Assembly (NCBI GenBank): GCA_050633305.1
Contig: JBOEGF010000023.1
Coordinates: 32,001-96,000, forward strand
DNA: 64,000 nucleotides
Source: Nannocystales bacterium
GTDB taxonomy: Bacteria > Myxococcota_A > Polyangia > Nannocystales > Nannocystaceae
Direction: 5' to 3'
Below the pieces are notes generated by a model. The model had not been told where the DNA came from. It made no database searches and saw nothing but the letters and a program-made list of their open reading frames with translations. Both the position numbers and the translations under genes were made by a program. The first letter of the stretch is position 1; each line of letters begins with the position of its first letter. Below are positions 57,771-64,000 of the stretch, piece by piece.

Positions 57771-59027
57771 CTATGTCCGCACATTCTTGGTGGGCTTTCC
57801 GGAGGTGGCCCACTGCATGGTTTCGAATCCGTATCGCGTTCGAATGTCGTCGACGACATCGTGCAGCGTCTCGGTGGGCGCGCCAAACAGCTCGAGTTGG
57901 CCGAACATCCCCAGGTTGGACAGCGCGAGCCCGAGCAGCCGGATCGGCGTCTCGCGGGTGCGGGCTTGCAGATACAGATCGCGCACCACGGGAAACAGCT
58001 CGAGTTCGGAGTTCGTCGGCGCGAGCGTCTTGGACCGCGAAAGCGTGAGGAAGTCGATGTATCGGAGCTTGAGCGTGATCGTGCGCGCCTTGACCCCTCG
58101 CTTGCGAGCCCGCCAACAGACCCGCTCGCACAGCGAACTCAGCTTCGACTCGACGGAACTCGGGTCATCCACATCTTCGCGAAATGTCCGCTCGTTGGAG
58201 ATACTTCCCGCCGTCGTGCCCGCGGGGTCGTGCTCTCGAAACGCAGGCCGCTCGCGGCCAAGATCGCCCGAGCCCAGACCGAGCACGCCGCGTTTGATGT
58301 GGGGCCCCCAAGCGCCGAACGTCTTGTTGAGCTGCTTGCTCGGTGTGGCCGCGACCTGGGCCAAGGTCTCGATGCCCGCGGCCCGCAGCTTCGCCTCTCC
58401 GACCGGACCGATCCCCGGAAACTTGCGAACCGGCAGGGGACCCAGGAAGTCCCGCTCGGACCCTTTGGGCACCAACAACACCCCTCGCGGTTTGGCGAGA
58501 CCCGACGCGACCTTGGAGACGACCTTGCTCGTGGCGATTCCTGCCGACGATGGGAGCCCGATCTCGTCGTGGACGGCTTGGCACAGCTCGGTGACGGTGC
58601 GGTAGATCGTCTCATCCGGGCAGCTGTCATCCTCGCTGGCGAACACCCTCTCGCACCCGGTGAAATCGATGAACATCTCGTCGATACTCGCCACCACGAT
58701 GACGGGCGAGAAGCGTTCGGCCAGGCCACGAACACGTTGGGCGTACTCGCTGTAGGTCGTCCCACGACCGGACAACCATGCGGTGTGCTTGGGCGCGAGC
58801 TTGGTCGCCTCGGTGATGGACATGCCCGCACGCACGCCGTACTCGCGGACCTCGTAGCTCGCGGCCGTGACCACTCCGCGCCCCCCGGGCGTGCCACCAA
58901 CGATGACCGGTTTTCCCTCGAGTGTCGGATCGAGCAGACGCTCCACGGAGACGAAGAACGTGTCGAGATCCAGACAACAGATCCTCGGAGCCTCAGCGGG
59001 ACCGCTCCGGTCGCGAGCCGACGGCAT
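57771..59027 (-). CDS. dinB: DNA polymerase IV (Y-family)
   Basis: CLDLDTFFVSVE, AASYE, SIDE, KPRG, PGIG, SISNERTF, TITLKLR, IRLLG. Confidence 0.93.
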   Translation of the reverse strand: MPSARDRSGPAEAPRICCLDLDTFFVSVERLLDPTLEGKPVIVGGTPGGRGVVTAASYEVREYGVRAGMSITEATKLAPKHTAWLSGRGTTYSEYAQRVRGLAERFSPVIVVASIDEMFIDFTGCERVFASEDDSCPDETIYRTVTELCQAVHDEIGLPSSAGIATSKVVSKVASGLAKPRGVLLVPKGSERDFLGPLPVRKFPGIGPVGEAKLRAAGIETLAQVAATPSKQLNKTFGAWGPHIKRGVLGLGSGDLGRERPAFREHDPAGTTAGSISNERTFREDVDDPSSVESKLSSLCERVCWRARKRGVKARTITLKLRYIDFLTLSRSKTLAPTNSELELFPVVRDLYLQARTRETPIRLLGLALSNLGMFGQLELFGAPTETLHDVVDDIRTRYGFETMQWATSGKPTKNVRT

Positions 59028-59032
59028 GCCAA

Positions 59033-59061
59033 ACCATAGGCTGAACACGCGAGCAGTGCAA
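59033..59061 (-). promoter_or_regulatory. Sigma70-type promoter with a Myxococcus-type LexA box in the spacer
   Basis: Minus strand TTGCAC-N17-TATGGT; CTGCTCGCGTGTTCAGC (59040-59056) matches CTRHAMRYBYGTTCAGS at 16/17. Confidence 0.78.
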
Positions 59062-59172
59062 GATGGATCCGCCGATCCCATCGCGCAGGGCCTCGGAGAC
59101 GACCCCATCCTTCACTGCCAGGCACATCAGAAGGACGGCATCAGCCGCAAACCAGGACGTCGGCCAGCCCGT

Positions 59173-60237
59173 TCACCAGGTCGCTTCCAACACGAAGAAG
59201 CGCTCGTACTCCACCGCCACGACCTGCGCGCCCGCCCTCCGCAACGCACCCGCGACCATGTCGGGACGATTGACGACTGCAAACGTCTTCGACCCCTTGG
59301 CCTGCCATGATGCGAGCGGGCCGAGCAACTCATCGAGCGCACGAGCATCTGCGTGAGTCGGGGGATTGGTCAGCGTGACCTCCGTGGTTCCGACGAAGGG
59401 GCGGACGGCCGCAACGGTACTGGGCAGCCCGTTGTGCTCCATCGGAAACACGCGACCGTGGAATCCCGCTGTTTGCACGTTCTCGCGAAGCATTGCGGCA
59501 GAGACAGAGTTGCTCTCGACCGCAACGACGCTGCACGCAGGCCACTGCTTGGCAGCCCACAATGCGATCGGCCCCACCCCGGCGCCCAGATCCACCACTC
59601 GCGCTGGGTTCAGATCCAAGCGGGCGACGTGATCGATCAGGCACTGTGTTCCGACATCGAGCCCCTTCCGCGAGAAGGCACCCGGGGCGGACGTCAGAGC
59701 GAGTTCCCCCAGCCGCGCATCGGTGATCTCATAGCGGCGGTCGAGCACCTCATGCCGAGCGACCGGCTGAACGCGCTCGCTGCAAAGCAGTCGGTACCCC
59801 TTGGCCCGCTCCAAGACCCTGACGTTGCCGAACACCTCGCCCATGAAGTCCGCGATCGAGTCCGCGCCCTTCTGTTTCTTCACGGCGCACAAGAGTCGGC
59901 CGCCTTCCCCGAGGACCTGGCCCGCGATCGCGATGCACTGCTGGGTGAAGTCCTTGCCCAGATGGGCGCGCGGCCAAACGATTGCGACCTCGAACGAGGG
60001 GTCCAAAGACGCCCACTGTGCGAACGGTACTGCGCCGGCCCCGGCGTACCGAGCCTCCCGGGCGTCGAGGATCAGCCGCGGACCCGGACGGTCCACCCCG
60101 GGCAACTCGCCCGAGCACACCAGCACCATCCGCTCTCGGTCCACGCCCGCAACCGCTTCGGCCAGGAGCGCGACTCCCGGATCGTCGGCATTGAGGCCAT
60201 CGACTCCACCTGGGCGGGGGGCACTGCGCTTCGCCAT
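59173..60237 (-). CDS. RsmC/RlmG-like class I SAM methyltransferase
   Basis: PGAFSRKGLDVGT, VVDLGAGVG, NPPTH; N-terminal K..GADS..ERAKGY domain. Confidence 0.85.
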   Translation of the reverse strand: MAKRSAPRPGGVDGLNADDPGVALLAEAVAGVDRERMVLVCSGELPGVDRPGPRLILDAREARYAGAGAVPFAQWASLDPSFEVAIVWPRAHLGKDFTQQCIAIAGQVLGEGGRLLCAVKKQKGADSIADFMGEVFGNVRVLERAKGYRLLCSERVQPVARHEVLDRRYEITDARLGELALTSAPGAFSRKGLDVGTQCLIDHVARLDLNPARVVDLGAGVGPIALWAAKQWPACSVVAVESNSVSAAMLRENVQTAGFHGRVFPMEHNGLPSTVAAVRPFVGTTEVTLTNPPTHADARALDELLGPLASWQAKGSKTFAVVNRPDMVAGALRRAGAQVVAVEYERFFVLEATW

Positions 60238-60562
60238 CGCGGCGCATGCTACTTGCCAACCGCCACGGGCGACCCATCTTGCGTGGGAAGACAACGGCCT
60301 CCCCCGTCACAGGCCCCCTAAGCATCTGATATCAGGCCGCTTTGGGTTCCGTGGCAGTTCTGGGCGCGTGGCGGTGGACCCTGTGCGTCCCCGCGTGCTA
60401 CCAACATATTGTCTTCGGATCCACGAAGCCTCAAAGGGAGGTTCTTGGCTGCGAAGACGGCTCTGACACGTGACGCTAGGTCGTCGCGTGACCGCAGGGT
60501 CGGCCATGAAGCGGCGCGATGACGTGCCCCCAGGTCGCCCTCCACCCACAGCGGGTTCACAC

Positions 60563-63500
60563 GTGAACAAAATCGAAACGTTTCTCCCCCTCGTGGAGAC
60601 CGATGCCCTGATCCGGCTCGCGAGTCCCAAGGCGCTCAAGGCCGGCCAAGAGCTGTTCAAGAAGGGTGCTGCCAGCGGGCTGGTGCTCGAAGGCGACAAG
60701 GTCTCCGGCAAGGTCATGGGCAGCCACCCCAAGCCGCACATGCCGGCGCTGTGCCTCAGCAAGAAGAATCAACTGGAGGCTGAGTGCACGTGCCCCACGT
60801 ACACCGACGGGTGGGAGAAGTTCTGCCACCACGCCGTCGCCCTCGCGATGGAGTTGGCCAAGCAGTACAAGGCCGGCGGCGAGATCTCGACCACCCACAA
60901 CCCGTGGGTCAGCGGCATGGCGGGCAACAAAACCTCGCGTCAGCGTCGCTACCAGATTCAGCCGCAAGCCGGCGGCACTTGGCTCGTCACCGCGTTCCAA
61001 TCCGGGCGCTCGATGAAGGCCAAAGCATCGCAACAGCGCGACGGTGCCCACCCCGCGGACAAGCTCATCGAGCACTACCTCGAGCAAGAGGTCGACCGTG
61101 CCGACGACGGGGCGCACGAACTCGAAGATCCCGCGCTCAGCGGACTGCTGTACTTCGCCCGCGACGCACAGATCAGCCTCAAGGGCGTCGGCAAGCTGAA
61201 CTTCGTCGATGAACCGGTCGTCCTGCGCGTTCAGGCCGAGGCCCGCCGCGACGCCAACGTCGACCTGCACGCCTTCCTCGAACACGAAGCCTCAGGCCGC
61301 ACGTTCGAGGTCGAAGAAGGTCGTGTCGTCGGAGGTGCGCCGACGTGGTTCATCCACACCGAGTCGTGCGAGATCTTCCAGGTCAAAGACACGCCGCCGT
61401 GGGTCCTGTCCTCGATCCGTGCCCAGTCGCGCATCGTGATGGACTCCAAGGTCGATGCCGACCAGATGGACAGTCTCAGCACGCAGCTGGAGTCCGTCGG
61501 TGTTCCGAGGGCCGACCTGTTTGCGCTCGCCAGCGATGCACGTTCGATCGAGCAACTCGTCGCCACCATCGAAGGCGACTCCAGCCGCGTCCGCGTCCAG
61601 CTGACCGCACGCTACGGCAACGTCACACTCTCCATCGGCGGCACGGACCCCGAGTCCGCGCGGTACACGATGAACGCGGGCGACGAGTCGATCTCGTTCT
61701 ACCGAGACCTCGACGCCGAGGCGCAAGCCCGCCGGGTCCTCAAGGAGCACGGCCTCAAGTGGCAACCCAAGGATGAGGCTTTCGTCGCTCGCGATGACGC
61801 AGCGATCGAGTTCCTGATCGCGGGGCTGCCGATGCTCCCCGAGCACTGGGAGAAGCGCATTCCCAAGCTCCCCAAGATCCGCTCCAAGAGCCCGAGCCCT
61901 CGCGTCTCGGTCTCCTCGGGAGACGGAAGCGTCCTGGACGTCGAGGCCATCGTCGACGTCGAAGGGGAAGCGGACCTCATCTCGTTCCGCGACCTGCTTC
62001 GGTGGCTCCACGAAGGACGCCGCTGGATCACCCTTGCGGACGGTAGTGTCGTGAAGCTGGACGCCAAGATCCTCGCTCCGTTGGCCGATGCCGCGGGCGA
62101 CATCCAGTTCGACAAGCACGGCAAGGCCGAGGTCTCCACGCTCGAGCTCGGCAACCTCTCTCGGTTGCTGTCGGAGGCACCGACCACCAAGGTCGAGACC
62201 GAGGTCAAGAAGCTGCTCAAGAGCATGACCGGCGAGCGGGCATCTCGAGCCCCTCGCAAAGCCAAGGCGCTCGGCGCCAAGCTCCGCGACTACCAGAAGT
62301 CTGGCTTTGCCTGGCTGTGGCAACTTCACCAAAACCGCATGACCGGCATCCTCGCCGACGACATGGGTCTTGGTAAGACCGTTCAAGCCATCGCCTTGCT
62401 CACCAAGGCCAAGGAAGAGGAAGGCCCCGCCCCCTCGTTGATCGTCTGCCCCACCTCCGTGCTCTCGGTGTGGAAGCAGGAGGTCAACAAATGGGCGCCG
62501 AGCCTGTCCGTTTTGGTCTGGCATGGTCCCGAGCGCGCCGAAAACCGGCGTCTTCTCAAGAAGACCGACATCGTCGTGACGTCGTATTCGATCATGCGGC
62601 GCGACATCGACGAGCTGAAGAAGATTCGCTTCCGCTACGTCGCCCTCGACGAGGCCCAGTACATCAAGAACTGGACCACCAGCACCGCCAAGAGTGCCAA
62701 GCAGCTCAAGGCCGACCACAAGCTGGCGCTCTCGGGTACCCCGGTCGAGAACCACCTCTTCGACCTCTGGGCTGTGTTCGACTTCTTGGCGCCTGGCTTC
62801 CTCGGCAAGCTGACCGAGTTCCAAAAGAACTACGTCAAGCCCATCGAGGACGGCGACATGAAGCGGCTCGAGGATCTCCAGGTCCGCATTCGGCCGTTCA
62901 TCATGCGGCGCAAGAAGGAAGACGTCGCCAGCGAGCTGCCCAAGAAGACCGAGCAGACGATCTACTGCCACTTCAACAAGACGCAGCTGGGCCTGTACAA
63001 CCGCATCCTCAAGGCGGCCAAGTCCGAGATCACCGGGCGCATCGACGATGCTGGCATCGACAAGTCGCAGATGACCGTCCTCGCCGCGCTCACGCGCCTA
63101 CGCCAGGTCTGCTGCGACCCGCACCTGCTCGGCTTGCCCGAAGGCACTCCCATTCCGCCGTCCGCCAAACTCGAGGCGTTCAAGGAGCTCATCAACGACG
63201 CCGTCGGGTCGGGGCGGAAGTGCCTGGTGTTCTCCCAGTTCGTCGAGATGCAGAAGCTTCTCGGCCAAGCGCTCGAAGAGCTCGAGATCCCGTACCTGTG
63301 GCTCCACGGCGGCACCAAGAACCGTGAGGAGCTGGTCGCGCAGTTCCAGACCAAGTCCGGTCCTCCCGTCTTCCTCATCAGCCTCAAGGCGGGTGGAAGC
63401 GGTCTTACCCTGACCGAAGCCGACACCGTCATTCACTACGACCCGTGGTGGAACCCCGCGGTCGAAGACCAAGCCACCGACCGGGCGCACCGGATCGGCC

Positions 63501-63697
63501 AGGAGAAGCCGGTCAACGTGTACCGGCTGGTCATCGAGGACACCGTCGAGCAAAAGATGGTCGAACTCGGCAAGCGCAAGCGCGAGGTTGCAGAAGGCGC
63601 GCTGGGGCGCGACGTGACCGCGGGCAAGAAGCTCACGATGGACGACATCGAGAACCTGCTGCTGACACCATCCGCGAACCCCTGGGACAACGCGTAG
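60563..63697 (+). CDS. SWIM zinc finger-SNF2 (DEAQ) helicase
   Basis: CTCP...CHHAVA; GILADDMGLGKT, DEAQ, SGTPVEN, FSQF, DPWWNPAVEDQATDRAHRIGQ. Confidence 0.95.
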   Translation: MNKIETFLPLVETDALIRLASPKALKAGQELFKKGAASGLVLEGDKVSGKVMGSHPKPHMPALCLSKKNQLEAECTCPTYTDGWEKFCHHAVALAMELAKQYKAGGEISTTHNPWVSGMAGNKTSRQRRYQIQPQAGGTWLVTAFQSGRSMKAKASQQRDGAHPADKLIEHYLEQEVDRADDGAHELEDPALSGLLYFARDAQISLKGVGKLNFVDEPVVLRVQAEARRDANVDLHAFLEHEASGRTFEVEEGRVVGGAPTWFIHTESCEIFQVKDTPPWVLSSIRAQSRIVMDSKVDADQMDSLSTQLESVGVPRADLFALASDARSIEQLVATIEGDSSRVRVQLTARYGNVTLSIGGTDPESARYTMNAGDESISFYRDLDAEAQARRVLKEHGLKWQPKDEAFVARDDAAIEFLIAGLPMLPEHWEKRIPKLPKIRSKSPSPRVSVSSGDGSVLDVEAIVDVEGEADLISFRDLLRWLHEGRRWITLADGSVVKLDAKILAPLADAAGDIQFDKHGKAEVSTLELGNLSRLLSEAPTTKVETEVKKLLKSMTGERASRAPRKAKALGAKLRDYQKSGFAWLWQLHQNRMTGILADDMGLGKTVQAIALLTKAKEEEGPAPSLIVCPTSVLSVWKQEVNKWAPSLSVLVWHGPERAENRRLLKKTDIVVTSYSIMRRDIDELKKIRFRYVALDEAQYIKNWTTSTAKSAKQLKADHKLALSGTPVENHLFDLWAVFDFLAPGFLGKLTEFQKNYVKPIEDGDMKRLEDLQVRIRPFIMRRKKEDVASELPKKTEQTIYCHFNKTQLGLYNRILKAAKSEITGRIDDAGIDKSQMTVLAALTRLRQVCCDPHLLGLPEGTPIPPSAKLEAFKELINDAVGSGRKCLVFSQFVEMQKLLGQALEELEIPYLWLHGGTKNREELVAQFQTKSGPPVFLISLKAGGSGLTLTEADTVIHYDPWWNPAVEDQATDRAHRIGQEKPVNVYRLVIEDTVEQKMVELGKRKREVAEGALGRDVTAGKKLTMDDIENLLLTPSANPWDNA

Positions 63698-63762
63698 CGG
63701 CGGGCACAGCCCTCGACCCGCAGGGCGACCGAATCAGAGTGCTAGGGTCGCCCGGCACCCCG

Positions 63763-64000
63763 ATGCACGACGCCCAGCCATCTCGCCCCTCCCCCTGGCG
63801 ACACACCTCCAGCGTCATCGCGCTGTGTTGCTTCGGCATCGCCTCCGTCCATTGCACGACTCCGGGGTCCACGCAGGACCCGGCGACAGACGGTGGAAAC
63901 AGCACGGGCCTGCTGGACCCATCGTCGGGAACCGGGGAGGAGACGACGTCCGGCTCCACCACCGGCGGGACAGATGCGCCCGAGACCACCTCCGGGTGGA
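63763..64000 (+). CDS. Probable lipoprotein, 5' part only
   Basis: Manual translation MHDAQ...VIALCCFGIASVHC followed by a T/S/G-rich linker; open to the window edge. Confidence 0.6.
   Translation, partial: MHDAQPSRPSPWRHTSSVIALCCFGIASVHCTTPGSTQDPATDGGNSTGLLDPSSGTGEETTSGSTTGGTDAPETTSGW

Noticed and set aside
60563..63697. SNF2 helicase as part of an anti-phage system
   Set aside because: SWIM-SNF2 architecture with housekeeping neighbours; no methylase, nuclease or other defence genes nearby
1..64000. CRISPR array, tRNA/rRNA, transposase, integrase, reverse transcriptase
   Set aside because: No regularly spaced repeats, cloverleaf signatures or DDE/recombinase/RT motifs seen by eye

Overview
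GC-rich bacterial chromosome segment of about 52 genes. The gene content points to a myxobacterium, probably Nannocystaceae-like (inference). The clues are a MYXO-CTERM sorting signal, about 14 lipoproteins (many Cys-rich or with Ser/Thr/Gly-rich linkers), five Hanks-type Ser/Thr kinases, two ECF sigma factors each next to a membrane kinase-TPR gene, and a near-perfect Myxococcus-type LexA box. Recognisable core genes are acs, dinB, an RsmC-like methyltransferase, a SWIM-SNF2 helicase, HPF/RaiA, TerB-like, MlaD and a class III aminotransferase. I saw no rRNA, tRNA, CRISPR array, IS or prophage. Best candidate systems: (1) a permease-less operon of TonB receptor, membrane-anchored PstS-fold protein, sensor kinase, NarL regulator, acidic lipoprotein and P-loop kinase (43.8-51 kb); (2) ECF sigma/kinase pairs with matching extra terminal helices; (3) an AraC-GyrI gene with an apparent internal operator, promoter and second start; (4) an exported haloalkane-dehalogenase-fold enzyme lacking both halide-binding residues. 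There are also several deletion scars and structured intergenic elements. All functional calls come from reading motifs by eye; no database search was run.
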